Below are positions 1-12,601 of a DNA stretch of 64,000 bases, in pieces. The stretch covers positions 124,001 through 188,000 of the forward strand of contig NW_027251778.1 in NCBI RefSeq assembly GCF_044704955.1. Direction: 5' to 3'. The notes under the pieces are model-generated. The model was not told the DNA's origin and made no database searches. It saw only the letters and a list, made by a program, of their open reading frames with translations. Position numbers and translations under genes: made by a program. The stretch's first letter is position 1. Every line of letters starts with the position of its first letter. The DNA comes from Pristiophorus japonicus (Eukaryota).

Positions 1-2447
1 GTCCTCTCTATCTCTCTCTCCCTTCTGCCCTCTTTGTCTCTCTCTCCCTCCTGTTTTCTCTTTCTCTCTCTGTCCCTCCAGTCCGCTCTATCTCTCTCTT
101 GCTCCTGTCCTCTCTCTCTCTCCCTCCTGTCCTCGCTGTCTCTCTCTCTCTCCTGTCCTCTCTCTCTCTCTCTCTCCTGTTCTCTCTGTCTCTCTCTCTC
201 TCTCCCTCCTGTCCTCTCTATCTCTCTCTCCCTCCTGTCCTCTCTAACTCTCTCTCCCTCCTGTCCTCTCTCTCTCGCTCTCTCCCTCCTGTCCTCTCTA
301 TCTCTCTGTCCCTCCTGCCCCTCTCTCTCTCTCTCTCCCTCCTGTCCTCTCTGTCTCTCTCTCTCCCTCCTGTCCTCTCTGTCTCTCTCTCTCCCTCCTG
401 TCCTCTCTATCTCTCTCTCCCTCCTGTCCTCTCCGTCTTTCTCACTCCCTCCTCTCCTCTCTGTCTCTCTCGCCCTCCTGTCCTCTCCATTTATCTCTCC
501 CTCCTGTCCTCTCCGTCTCTCTCTCCCTCCTATCCTCTCTGTCTCTCTCTCTCTCCTGTTCTCTCTGTCTCTCTCTCCCTTCTGTCCTCTCCATCTCTCT
601 CTCTCCCTCCTGTCCTCTCCGTCTCTCTCTCTCTCTCCCTCCTGTCCTCTCTCTCTCTCTCGCTCCCTCCTGTCATCTCTATCTCTCTCTCCCTCCTGTC
701 CGCTCCGTCTTTCTCACTCCCTCCTCTCCTCTATGTCTCTCTCTCCCTCCTGTCCTCTCTGTCTCTCTCTCCCTCCTGTCGTCTCTGTCTCGCTCTCCCT
801 CCTGTCCTCTCTATCTCTCTCTCTGTCCTGTTCTCGCTGTCTCTCTCTCCCTCCTGTCCTCTATGTCTCTCTTTCCCTCCTGTCCTCTATGTCTCTCTCT
901 CCCTCCTGTCCTCTCTGTCTCTCTCTCTCTCTCCCTCCTCTCCTAACTCTCTCTCTCTCCCTCCTGTCGTCTCTGTCTCGCTCTCCCTCCTGTCCACTCT
1001 ATCTCTCGCTCCCTCCTGTTCTCTCTGTCTCTCTCTTTTTCCCTCCTGTCCACTCCATCTCTCTCTCCCTCATGTCCTCTCTATCTCTCTCTCCCTCCTT
1101 TCCTCTCTATCTCTCACTCCCTCCTGTCCTCTCCGTCTCTCTCTCCCTCCTGTCTTCTCTGTCTCTCTCTCCCTCCTGTCATCTCTGTCTCTCTCTCCCT
1201 CCTGTCCTCTCTGTCTCTCTCTCCCTCCTGCCCTCTCTGTCTCTCCCTCCCTCCTGTTCTCTCTTTCTCTCTCTCTCCCTCCTGTCCTCTCTATCTCTCT
1301 CTCCCTCCTGTCCTCTCTATCTCTCTCTCCCTCCTGCCCTCTTTGTCTCTCTCTCTCCCTCCTGTTCTCTCTTTCTCTCTCTGTCCCTCCAGTCTTCTCT
1401 ATCTCTCTCTCGCTCCTGTCCTCTCTCTCTCTCTCCCTCCTGTCCTCTCTGTCTCTCTCTCTCTCTCCTGTCCTCTCTCTCTCTCTCTCTCCTGTTATCT
1501 CTGTCTCTCTCTCTCCCTCCTGTACTCTCTATCTCTCTCTCCCTCCTGTCCTCTCTATCTCTCTCCCTCCTGTCCTCTCTCTCTCTCATTCTCCCTCCTG
1601 CCCTCTCTGTCTCTCTCTGTCTCTCTCTGCCTCCTGTTCTCTCTTTCTCTCTCTCTCCCTCCTGTCCTCTCTATCTCTCTGTCCCTCCTGTCCCCTCTCT
1701 CTCTCTCTCTCTCCTGTCCGCTCTGTCTCTCTCTCTCCCTCCTGTCCTCTCTGTCTCTCTCTCTCTCCTGTCCTCACTCTCTCTCTCACTCCTGCCCTCT
1801 CTGTCCCTCTCTCCCTCCTGTTCTCTCTTTCTCTCTCTCTCCCTCCTGTCCTCTCTATCTCTCTGTCCCTCCTGTCCCCTCTCTCTCTCTCCCTCCTGTC
1901 CTCTCTGTCTCTCTCTCTCCCTCCTGTCCTCTCTGTCTCTCTCTCTCCCTCCTGTCCTCTATGTCTCTCTCTCTCTCCTGTCCTCTCTCTCTCTCTCCTG
2001 CCCTCTCTGTCTCTCTCTCCCTCCTGTTCTCTCTGTCTCTCTCTCTCCCTCCTGTCCTCTATATCTCTCTCTCCCTCCTGTCCTCTCTCTCTCTCTCTCT
2101 CCCTCCTGCCCTCTCTGTCTCTCTCTCCCTCCTGTTCTCTCTTTCTCTCTCTCTCCCTCTTGTTCTCTCTATCTCTCTGTCCCTCCTGTCCCCTCNNNNN
2201 NNNNNNNNNNNNNNNNNNNNNNNNNNNNNNNNNNNNNNNNNNNNNNNNNNNNNNNNNNNNNNNNNNNNNNNNNNNNNNNNNNNNNNNNNNNNNNNNNNNN
2301 NNNNNNNNNNNNNNNNNNNNNNNNNNNTCTCTCTCCCTCCTGTTATCTCTTTCTCTCTCTCTCCCTCCTGTCCTCTCTATCTCTCTGTCCCTCCTGTCCC
2401 CTCTCTCTCTCTCTCTCTCCCTCCTGTCCTCTCTGTCTCTCTCTCCA
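1..2447. repeat. CT-rich low-complexity tandem repeat (ctctccctcctgtcctctct-type units)
   Basis: Almost purely C/T; contains N gap 2196-2327. Confidence 0.95.
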
Positions 2448-2699
2448 GTCCATCAACCTTTTGGAATCCCACTGAAATTCAGGTTGTCTTTATTTGACCC
2501 TCGAACTCTGGGACTGTTTTGGCATCAGTGGACGCTCTGACCACACCCAACTTTCAGGAGGATTTTGTTGAGGTTGAGGACATTTCAGATTCTCAACAAT
2601 TCAGGAAAATGAAATCCCTCCCTCTGTCTCAGTCAGGCGCAAACAGTTCGAGCTCGAGTCTCCCAAAGCAAGTCTGTGCACGCAGAGCCATCAAACAAT

Positions 2700-2925
2700 C
2701 TCATAGAAAAATAGAAAAAGTAGAAACATAGAAAATAGGTTCAGGAGTAGGCCGTCCGGCCCTTCGAGCCTGCACCACCATTCAATAAGATCATGGCTGA
2801 TCATTCCCTCAGTACCCCTTTCCTGCTTTCTCTCCATACCCCTCGATCCCTTTAGCTGCAAGGGCCATATCTAACTCCCTCTGGAATATATCCAATGAAC
2901 TGGTCCCAACAACTCTCTGCGGTAA
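2700..2925 (-). mobile_element. CR1-clade LINE/SINE 3' tail fragment
   Basis: Reverse of the (tttctatg)n tail and gaagggccgaatggcctactcctg terminal stem-loop; near copy at 4795-5045. Confidence 0.8.
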
Positions 2926-3059
2926 CTGTCTCTGTCAGTCACTGACTTTGCCCGGTCGGTGCTGTCTCTTGTATTCACTGTAACACCACTGGGGCCAACA
3001 CGGGAACATATCATATGCTGCTTCACTAATCTTCTCGCTTCCACAACTCCCCCTCACTC

Positions 3060-3815
3060 TCGCTGATGTCATCTCTCTGTTTATCTCCCTTTCTTTCTGT
3101 CTGTCCCTTTCCACATCTCTCTCACTCTCTCACTCTCTATCTCTGTCTCTCTCCGTGTTTTTGACTCTCTCTCTCTGTCTTTCCCGTTCTCTTTGTCGCT
3201 CTCTCTATATATTTTTTCTCACTCCCTCACTCTCTACTGCGGTCTCATTCTGCCTCTTCGTCTCTCTCTCTCCATTTTCTATTTCTGTCTGTCTTCCTAT
3301 CTCTTTCCAAGATTATCTCTCTCTCTCTCTCTCTGCACCTCTCATTCTGAGTGTCTGACTCTCGTCCTCTTTTTCTATCGTGCTTTCTCGTGCTCTGTAT
3401 ATTTGTCTCTCCCTGACTCTCTGCCTCTTTCACTGTCTCCCTTTCTCTCTGTCTCTATCTCTCCAGGTCTCTTTAACTCTTTCTCTATCTCTGTGCGTAG
3501 CACTCTCTCTCTCTGCCTCTCTCTGTCTGCCTCTCTCACTGTCTCCCTTTCTCACACTGTCTCTATCTCTCCAGGTCTCGCTAACTCTTTCTCTATCTCT
3601 GTGTGTTGCTCTCTATCTCTCTGACTCTCTCTGTCTATCTTCTCACTGTCTCTCTCCTTGTCTCCCTCTGACTCTCTATCTGTCTCGCTCTCCCTCTATC
3701 TCTCTAACTCTCTCTCTCTCTGTCTACCTCTCTGCCTCTCTCACTGTCTCCCTTTCTCACACTGTCTCTATCTCTCCAGGTCTCTCTAACTCTTTCACTA
3801 TCTCTGTGTGTAACA

Positions 3816-3847
<32 letters not shown>

Positions 3848-4141
3848 CTCTCTGTCTGCCTCTCTCACTGTTTCCCTTTCTCACACTGTCTCTATTTCTC
3901 CAGGTCTCGATAACTCTTTCTCTATCTCTGTATGTTGCACTCTATCTCTCTGCCTCTCTCTGTCTATCTATCTCACTGTCTCTCTCCTTGTCTCTCTCTG
4001 ACTCTCTATCGGTCTCGCTCTCCCTCTGTCTCTCTAACTGTCTCTCTCTCTCTCTCTCTCTCTCTGTCTATCTATCTCACTGTCTCTCTCCTTGTCTCTC
4101 TCTGACTCTCTATCTGTCTCGCTCTCCCTCTATCTCTCTAA

Positions 4142-4177
<36 letters not shown>

Positions 4178-4385
4178 ATCTCTCTGCCTCTCTCACTGTC
4201 CCCCTTTCTCACACTGTCTCTATCTCTCCAGGTCTCTCTAACTCTTTCTTTATCTCTGTGTGTAGCACTGTCTCCCTCTCTCTCTCTCTGCCTCTCTCAT
4301 TGTCTCCCTCTCTCACTGTCTCCCTCTCACACTGTCTCTATCTCTCCAGGTCTCTCTAACTCTTTCTCTATCTCTGTGTGTAGCA

Positions 4386-4421
<36 letters not shown>

Positions 4422-4520
4422 CTCTCTGCCTATCTCTCTCCTTGTCTCTCTCTGACTCTATAACGGTCTTGCTCTCCCTCTGTCTCTCTCTCTCTCTCTT
4501 TGTCTATCTTTCCCTCTCAC
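3060..4520. repeat. CT-rich low-complexity tandem array
   Basis: Recurring ctcacactgtctctatctctccaggtctc units among (CT)n. Confidence 0.9.
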
Positions 4521-4794
4521 TGAAAGATGGGGCAAATGTGGGAGAGCTCAGTCACTGAGTACGTTGAAGACAGAGGTGGAAAGTTTTGGGGTACAGAGGG
4601 ACAGGGGGACAGTGCGGGAAGGTGGAGTTCAGGCCGATGATTGACCATGATCCTGCTGAATGGCGGAGCAGGCTCGAGGGGCCGAATGGTCGACTCCTGC
4701 TGCTGTTCCTTATGTCCTTATGAGAAAGTCACAAAGGGAGAAAAGAAATCATATCGGAAGAGGGGACAGGAGGAGACGAAAAGGGGCGAGAGAA

Positions 4795-5045
4795 AAACAT
4801 AGAAACATAGACAATAGGTTCAGGAGTGGGCTATTCGGCCCTTCGAGCCTGCACCACCATTCAATAAGATCATGGCTGATCATTCCCTCAGTACCCCTTT
4901 CCTGCTTTCTCTCCATACCCCTTGATCCCTTTAGCCATAAGGGCCACATCTAACTCCCTCTGGAATATATCCAATGAACTGGCATCAACAACTCTCTGCG
5001 GCCGGGAATTCCACAGGTTAACAACTCTCTGAGTGAAGAAGTTTC
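4795..5045 (-). mobile_element. CR1 LINE 3' end
   Basis: Minus strand encodes FFTQRVVNLWNS..IFQRELD..GIKGYGEKAG followed by the tail. Confidence 0.85.
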
Positions 5046-5049
5046 CCTC

Positions 5050-5430
5050 GCTCACTCCACACACAATCACTCCACACACAATCACTCCACACATGCTCAC
5101 TCCACACACGCTCACCGCACACGCGCTCACTCCGCACACGTTCACTTCCAAGCTCACTCCACACACTCTCACTCCACACAAGCTCACTCCACACTCGTTC
5201 ACTCCATACACACTCACTCCACACACGCTCACTCCACACATGATCATTCCACACATGCTCACTCCCTCGCTCACTCCACATGCGCTCACTCCACACGTGC
5301 TCACTCCTTCACTCACTCCACAGTCGCTCACTCCACACAAGCTCACTCCACACACGCTCACTCCACACACGCTCACTCCACATCACTCACTCCACACAAA
5401 CACTCACTCCACACACGCTCACTCCACATC
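5050..5430. repeat. ~15-bp minisatellite (ctcactccacacacg)
   Basis: Direct tandem periodicity. Confidence 0.9.
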
Positions 5431-5914
5431 TGTGAACAAATGAAGGAAAATCAATAAAAAAAAACTGAAGAATGAATGAATCAAAGAAGGTAATAAAATG
5501 ACTACTGGGGCTTTTTCCCATTACACAGTTGCGTTTGCCCACTGGGACAGCAGAGGGCACTCTCGTGCCAGGGATCACATCCGTGTCTGGAACCTGGTTC
5601 AATCGGAACACAATGAGGTGATTCGGTTCATTGATCCTCTCCCGCTGTTCAATCACACCATGGCTGTTCTGTACCTTACCCCATTAACCCACATTGCTCC
5701 CCTAAAATTTGATGCACTTACCCAGCAAAAACATAAGTGGTGAAATCTCCAATTGACCTCCAGTTTCTACGCCACATTTGGAAGGACGGAGTTGCAGAGT
5801 CTTATTGTCCTTTGTGTCAGTAAATGTTCCCAGATATGGCCCTGGATTGGCCGGGCTTTAATACTGAGCTGATGCCCCCTCATTCTGGACTGCCTCCTCA
5901 CCGGAGGCATTGGT

Positions 5915-6550
5915 TTGTCTCACAGGCAGTCCCTCGGAATCGAGGAAGACTTTCTTCCACTCCCAAAGTGAGTTCTCCGGTGGCTGAACAGTCCGATACG
6001 AGAACCACAGACCCCTGTCACAGGTGGGAGAGACATTCATCGAGGGAAGGGGTGGGTGGGGCTGGTTTGCCGCGCGCTCCTTCCGCTGCCTGCGCTTGGC
6101 CTCTTCAGGCTCTCGGCGTTGAGGCTCGAAGAACTCAACGCCCTCCCAGATGCACTTTCTCCACCTCGGGCGGTCTACAGCCAGGATCTCCCAGGTGTCA
6201 GTGGTGATGGCGCACTTTCCCAGGGTTGCTTTGAGGGTGTCCTTGTAACGCTCCCGTTGCCCACCTTTGGATCGTTTACCATGAAGGAGCTCCGCATAGA
6301 GCATTTGCTTAGGGAGCCTCGTGTCGGGCATGCGAACTATGTGGCCTGCCCAGCGAAGCTGATCGAGTGTGGTCAGTGCTTCAATACTGGGGATGTTAGC
6401 CTGGTCGGGGATACTGATGTTGGAGCGCCTGTCCTCCCAGGGCTGCAGTAACACCCGTCCTCCTGTATGGATCTGAGGCATGGACGATGTACAGAAGGCA
6501 CCTCAAATCGCCGGTGATATATCACCAAAGATGTCTGCGCAAGATCCTGC
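5915..6550 (-). mobile_element. RTE-clade LINE 3' fragment
   Basis: QLRWAGHIVRMPDTRLPKQMLYAEL..GKRSKGGQRERYKDTLK is typical of the RTE ORF C-terminus. Confidence 0.85.
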
Positions 6551-6629
6551 ATGGTTTGTCTATATCTAACCAGCCGAGACCCTTTTTAATGGTAAACATC
6601 TCCGTATGATCACTGTTCAATCTTCTGTA

Positions 6630-8470
6630 CTCATAGAAACATAGACATTTACAGGGCAGAAGGACGCCCTTTCGGACCATCGCGACAAAGCCACACGGCC
6701 CTCGGTCAGCAGCCCTGAAGGTTACATATTAACCTATGAACAATGACGGAAAGGCAAAGAGCACCCAGCCCAACCAGTCCACCGCACACAACTGCGACAC
6801 CCCTTATACTGAAATATTGTGACAGATTATTAAAATGGGAGGGGCGACGAGACCTGGGTGTCATGGTACCTCAGTCATTGAAGGTCGGCATGCAGGTACA
6901 GCAGGCGGTGAAGAAGGCAAATGGCGTACTGGCCTTCATAGCGACGGAATTTGAGTATCGGAGCAGGGAGGTCTTACTGCAGTTGTACCGGGCCTTGGTG
7001 AGACCTCACCTGGAGTATTGTGTGCAGTTTTGGTCTCCTAATCTGAGGAAGGACGTTCTTGCTATTGAGGGAGTGCAGCGAAGGTTCACCAGACTGATTC
7101 CCGGGATGGCGGGACTGACATATGAAGAAAGACTGAATCGGCTCAGCTTATACTCACTGGAGTTTAGAAGAATGAGAGGGGATCTCATAGAAACGTATAC
7201 AATTCTGACGTGACTGGACAGGTTAGATGCAGGAAGAATGTTCCCGAGGTTGGGGAAGTCCAGAACCAGGGGACACAGTCTAAGGATAAGGGGTAAGCCA
7301 TAAAAGACCGAGATGAGGAGAAACTTTTTCACCCAGAGAATTGTGAACCTGTGGAATTCTCTGTCACAGAAAGTTGTTGAGTGAAGTTGGTTGGACATAT
7401 TCAAAATGGAGTTAGATGTGGCCTTACATCTAAAGGGATCAGGGGGTATGGAGAGAAAGCAGGAATGGGGTGCTGAAGTTGAATGATCAGCCATGATCAT
7501 ATTGAATGGTGGTGCAGGCTTGAAGGGCCGAATGGCCTACTCCTGCAACTATTTTCTATGTTTCTACACTCCACCCCAACCGGAGCCATGTGATCTCCTG
7601 GGAGAGGCAAAAAACAGATAAAAACCCAGGCCAATTTAGGGAGAAAAAATCTGGGAAAATTCCTCTCCGACCCATCCAGGCGATGAAAACTAGTCCAGGA
7701 GATCATCCTGGCCGTATTCGATTCCCTGCAGTACTTATCATTATATCTGCTCCGTTCGACAAAAGGTCATCCAGTCTAACCCCAATTACCAGCTCTCGGT
7801 CCGTAACCCTGCTGGTTACTGCACTTTAAGTGCCCATCCAACCATCTCTTAAAAGTGCTGAGGGTTTCTGCATCCACCACTCTTCCAGGCAGCGAGTTCC
7901 AGATCCCCACAACCCTCTGCGTAAAGAATCCTCCCCCCCCCCCAGCCCCGTCAAATCCCCTCTAAACCTTCCACCATCTACCTTAAAACTATAGACCCTC
8001 CACCAATGGAAATAGGCCCTTACTATCCACTATATCCAGGCCTCTCAATATTTGTACACCTCATTGAGGTCTCCTCTCAACCTCCTCTGTTCCAATGCAA
8101 TATAAGCCCAGTCTATGCAACCTGTCCCCATCATTAACCCACTGAGCCCCGAAATAACACTGCAGAATCTGCGCTGTACTGCCTCCAAAACTAAACGTAC
8201 TGTTCCAGGTGGGTTCTGACCAGGAATCGGTACAACTGACATGCAACTTCCCGCCTTCTGTATTCCAGCAGCCTGAGCTAATGGGCCTTTTCTGAGACCT
8301 TTCTGTATCTACCTGCCAGCTTTTAGTGATGTGAGCGGCCTGAACCCTTAATCCCTCTGCAGCCCCACAGTTCCCAGCTTTACCCCATTGAGAACATGTT
8401 CTGACGGATCTTCATTGTGCTCACAGTGGGTGACCTCACCCTTGGCCACATTAAACTCCATCTACCTCTG
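6630..8470. mobile_element. Nested CR1 LINEs: older minus-strand copy interrupted by a younger plus-strand copy at ~6815-7565
   Basis: Plus strand reads RDLGV..KKANG..LVRPHLEYCVQFWSP..EGVQRRFTRLIPGM. Minus strand has a tail at 6630 and LEAVQRRF..RRLRGDL at ~8045-8240. Confidence 0.8.
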
Positions 8471-8660
8471 TTCTGTGCAATTACTGCATCTCTCTGTGAC
8501 CCCATTGCACAATCCATTTCCTCTCTGATCTACTCACAACCAATCAGCTTGGGACTAGCTGCGCAGCCAATCAGAGAGCGAGGGGCGGGGCCCTCACATA
8601 CTCCCCCCCCCCCTCCTGTACTCGCTCTTTTCAGTATTGAGGGAAAACTTCAAGTCAAGG

Positions 8661-9470
8661 ATGTATCAGTTACTGGGTCTGATGGTCTTGATTCAGCGTA
8701 AGGGCGATTATTTCAAGCAATCATTCTTTTTAATTATCTTCACTCTTTCTTTTTTCTATCTTTCATTCTTTCTTTCCCTATTTCCCTCGTTCACTCTTTT
8801 TTGCATCTTTCTTTCTCTCTTTCTTTCTCTCCATCTTTGTTTTCTTCCATATTTCTCGCACTCTCTTTTCTTTCTTTCCATCTTTCTCTCTTCTNNNNNN
8901 NNNNNNNNNNNNNNNNNNNNNNNNNNNNNNNNNNNNNNNNNNNNNNNNNNNNNNNNNNNNNNNNNNNNNNNNNNNNNNNNNNNNNNNNNNNNNNNNNNNN
9001 NNNNNNNNNNNNNNNNNNNNNNNNNNNNNNNNNNNNNNNNNNNNNNNNNNNNNNNNNNNNNNNNNNNNNNNNNNNNNNNNNNNNNNNNNNNNNNNNNNNN
9101 NNNNNNNNNNNNNNNNNNNNTCCCCCAGAATGACCCTGTTTACTGACCGCCTCCTCTCCCCGTCTCTCTCCCAGACGTGAGCTCACAGACTATCCGCCAG
9201 ACTCCGGCCGCAGTCTCCAGATTTCCCGGGGAGGGAGTGGACCTGAAGTGTGATGTGGTGGGCACCAGTGATGATAGCATGTACTGGTACCGACAGGACC
9301 CGGGGAGGGAGCCGCAGTTTATGTTTTACTCTGTGGGTACCAATGCCGTGGATCCAGACGGGCCGGTTGATGGTTTTACCGCCCAGCGACCGAATGGCAA
9401 GGAGTTTAACCTGAAGTCCTCCGGCCTGCGGGCGGATCAGGCGGCCGTGTATTACTGCGCCTGGAGTCTG
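8661..9470 (+). CDS. TRBV: TCR beta V segment V1, family A (TRBV30-like), apparently functional; leader exon 8661-8697, V exon 9175-9470
   Basis: Leader MYQLLGLMVLIQ+c|GTAAGG, acceptor cccAG. The V exon has conserved Cys, WYRQ and YYCAWS, and SQTIxQ, FYSVG and CAWS resemble mammalian TRBV30. A 23-RSS follows. The intron contains an N gap. Confidence 0.9.
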
Positions 9471-9509
9471 CACAGTGACTCAGGGAGATGGAGGGGCTCG
9501 ACACAAACC
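9471..9509 (+). other. 23-RSS of V1
   Basis: CACAGTG + 23 nt (actcagggagatggaggggctcg) + ACACAAACC. Confidence 0.95.
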
Positions 9510-10124
9510 CCACCATGGCAGGAAACACCTGTGGATGGTGAGCCCTGTCGCGTTTATTCTGCAGCGCGAATGTGTTTTTGACAAGCAAAGACGGTTTAGA
9601 GTGAAAGTGAGAGATTAGGTGTAGAGTCACTGGAGAAGGTACAAAGAAAGATTAACAGGGATAACACCAGAATTGAGAGGTTCAAACTATCAGGAAATGC
9701 TCAACAGGCCGGGGCTGTTGTGTCCAGAAAAGAGAAGGCTGAGGGGTGAACCTGTCAGAGGTCTTTACAGATTAACTGTGTGTTTTATAGGGTAGGGCGG
9801 AGAGAAGCAAGATAGAAAGATAGGAAGATAGAAAGATAGGAAGATCAACAGAAAGGAAGATAGAAAGAATAAAAGAAAGAAAGGAAGAAAGAAAGACAGA
9901 GTCAAGAATGAAAGATTGTAAGCAGGAAAAAGAGCTGAAAGAAATATAGAGAAAAGAAAGATAAAAAGGCAGAACGATAGTAAAAAAAATAACGAATTTT
10001 TAGAAGGTGGAATGCAAGAAAGATACATTTTTAAACACTGACAGTGTATTTTCTTTCTTCACACGGATAGCAGAGGGCGTACTAGACCATGAAACAAACG
10101 AGTGCCCAGAACATAGTTCACAAT

Positions 10125-11185
10125 AGGAACAAAGGAACAGGAGGAGGCCCATTCAGCCCCTCGACTCTGCTACACAGGAACAGGAAGAGGCCCATTCAGC
10201 CCCGCGAGCCTGTTACACAGGAACAGGAGGAGGCCCATTCAGCCCCTCGACTCTGCTACACAGGAACAGGAAGATGCCCATTCAGCCCCGCGAGCCTGTT
10301 ACACAGGAACAGGAGGAGGCCCATTCAGCCACTCAATTCTGTTACACAGGAACAGGAGGAGGCCCATTCAGCCCCTCGAGCCTGTTACACAGGAACAGGA
10401 GGAGGCCCATTCAGCCCCTCGAGCCTGTTACACAGGAACAGGAGGAGACACATTCAGCCCCTCGACTCTGTTACACAGGAACAAGAGGAGACCCATTCAG
10501 CCCCGCGAGCCTAATACACAGGCACAGGAGGAGACCCATTCAGCCCCTCGAGTTTGTCACACAGGAACAGGAGGCCATTCAGCCCCTCGGGCCTGTTATA
10601 CAGGAACAGGAGGAGGCCCATTCAGCCCCGCAACTCTGTTACACAGGAACAGGAGGAGGCCAATTCAGCCCATCGAACCTGTTACCCAGGAACAGGAGGA
10701 GGTCATTTAGTCCCTCAAGCCTGTTACACTGGAAGAGGAGGCCCATTCAGCCCCACTAATCTGTCACACAGGAACAGGAGGAGGGTATTCTGCCCCTCGA
10801 AACTGTTTTACAGGAATAGGAGGAGGCCCATTCAGCCCCTCGACTCTTTTACACAGGAACAGCTGGAGGCCTTTCAACCACTCGAGCCTGTTACAGAGGA
10901 ATAGGAGATCAATTCAGCCCATCGAGCATGTTACAGAGCAACGAGAGGAGGCCATTCAACCAGTGTAATCGCTTAAAAGGAGCAGGTGGCCCATTCATAA
11001 CCCTCTCGTCGGTTACACGGGAACAGGAGGAGGTCCATTCAGCCCCTCGAGCCTGTTAAACAGGAACAGGAGGAGTCCCATTCTGCCCCTCGAGACTGTT
11101 GCACAGGAACAGGAGGAGTCCCATTCAGCCCCTCGAGACTGTTGCACAGGAACAGGAGGAGGCCCATTCAGCCTCTCGAACCTGC
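10125..11185. repeat. 43/40-bp minisatellite array (cagcccctcgagcctgttacacaggaacaggaggaggcccatt)
   Basis: Tandem units running into a degraded minus-strand CR1 (to ~11730). Confidence 0.92.
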
Positions 11186-12010
11186 TGGCCCGTTCAATTA
11201 CATCATGTCGATCATTATATTTCTCTTTTGAACCATATGACGCGAAACCCAGACCCAACCAAAACTGTAGCAATCTCTGTCTTGAAGCCTGCAATTGACC
11301 CCCGGCCTCAACATTTGGAGGAGAGAGGTTCATAATTCCATTACTCTTTGTGTGAAGAAGTGGTTTCTGATGCAATGCCTCAACGGCCTGCCTCTAATTT
11401 TAAGTCTCTGTCCATTCCTTCTGGAGTCCCCGACGGAGGAAATTGATTCTCCCTATCTACCACATCCACCCCTTTTAATGCTTTATGAACCTCAATCAGT
11501 TCACCGCCGAATCTCCTATTGTGAATGTAGTACAAACCATGTTGATGTAACCTCTCCTCTTCATTTAATCCCCCTGGCCTGCCTGTCATTCTGTTGAATC
11601 TGTGTTGAAGCCCATTGCAAGTCAAACAGGGAGGTAAGGTGCCCAGAACAGAAGTCAGCTCTCCAGATGAATTCTGACTGAGGCTGTGTGCAATTGAAGC
11701 ATCAAATCTTTCTCTCTGTATTGCAGCCTCCTTCACCCGTAACTATCCACTCATTGGTAGTGATTTGTGGACATGGTCTTCGAAGTCACTTTGTTCCTCC
11801 ACAGTTAACTCCCACTTCCCATCTGCTCCACTCAAAGGCCAATCAGAGAGGGAGGGGCGGGGCTGACAATCAGACGATCCAAACCTGCATCACTTCCGCA
11901 CATTCTTCATATTTTCCTCAATGATTTGAAAAGAGCGAATTTGGCTCCTCACAGACTCCCCGCTCCTGCTCTCGCTCCTTTCATTATTGAGGGAAAACTT
12001 CAAGTCAAAG

Positions 12011-12562
12011 ATGTATCAGTTACTGGGACTGATGATCTTGTTTCAGCGTAAGGGACTTTTACACAATATNNNNNNNNNNNNNNNNNNNNNNNNNNNNNNN
12101 NNNNNNNNNNNNNNNNNNNNNNNNNNNNNNNNNNNNNNNNNNNNNNNNNNNNNNNNNNNNNNNNNNNNNNNNNNNNNNNNNNNNNNNNNNNNNNNNNNNN
12201 NNNNNNNNNNNNNNNNNNNNNNNNNCCCTGTTTACTGACCGCCTCCTCTCCCTGTCTTTTTCCCAGACGTGAGCTCACAGACTATCCACCAGACTCCAGC
12301 CGCTGTCTCCAGATTTCCCGGGGAAGGAGTGGAATTGAAATGCACTATGGAGGGAACAAGCAACCCTTACATGTACTGGTACAGACAGGACCCGGGGAGG
12401 GAGCCGCAGTTTATGTTTTACTCTGTGGGTACCAATGCCGTGGATCCAGACGGGCCGGTGGATTTTTTTACCGCACACCGACCGAATGAGAAGGAGTTTA
12501 ACCTGAAGTCCTCCGGCCTGCGGGCGGATCAGGCGGCCGTGTATTACTGCGCCTGGAGTCTG
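12011..12562 (+). CDS. TRBV: TCR beta V segment V2, family A (TRBV30-like), apparently functional; leader 12011-12047, V exon 12267-12562
   Basis: Leader MYQLLGLMILFQ|GTAAGG. Open V exon SQTIHQTP...CTMEGTSNPYMYWYRQ...FYSVG...YYCAWS. Confidence 0.9.
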
Positions 12563-12601
12563 CACAGTGACTCAGGGAGATGGAGGGACTCGACACAAAC
12601 C
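12563..12601 (+). other. 23-RSS of V2
   Basis: CACAGTG-23-ACACAAACC. Confidence 0.95.

Noticed and set aside
34-2540. 813-aa Ser/Leu/Pro ORFs, and similar ORFs at 3155-4558, 20185-21428 and 26013-26795
   Set aside because: Stop-free translation of CT/GA low-complexity DNA in several frames, some running through N gaps.
4598-4608. GGGACAGGGGG resembling the conserved TRBD core
   Set aside because: It lies in a CR1 tail remnant, with no 5' 12-RSS, no 3' CAC heptamer (acagtg preceded by g) and no nonamer.
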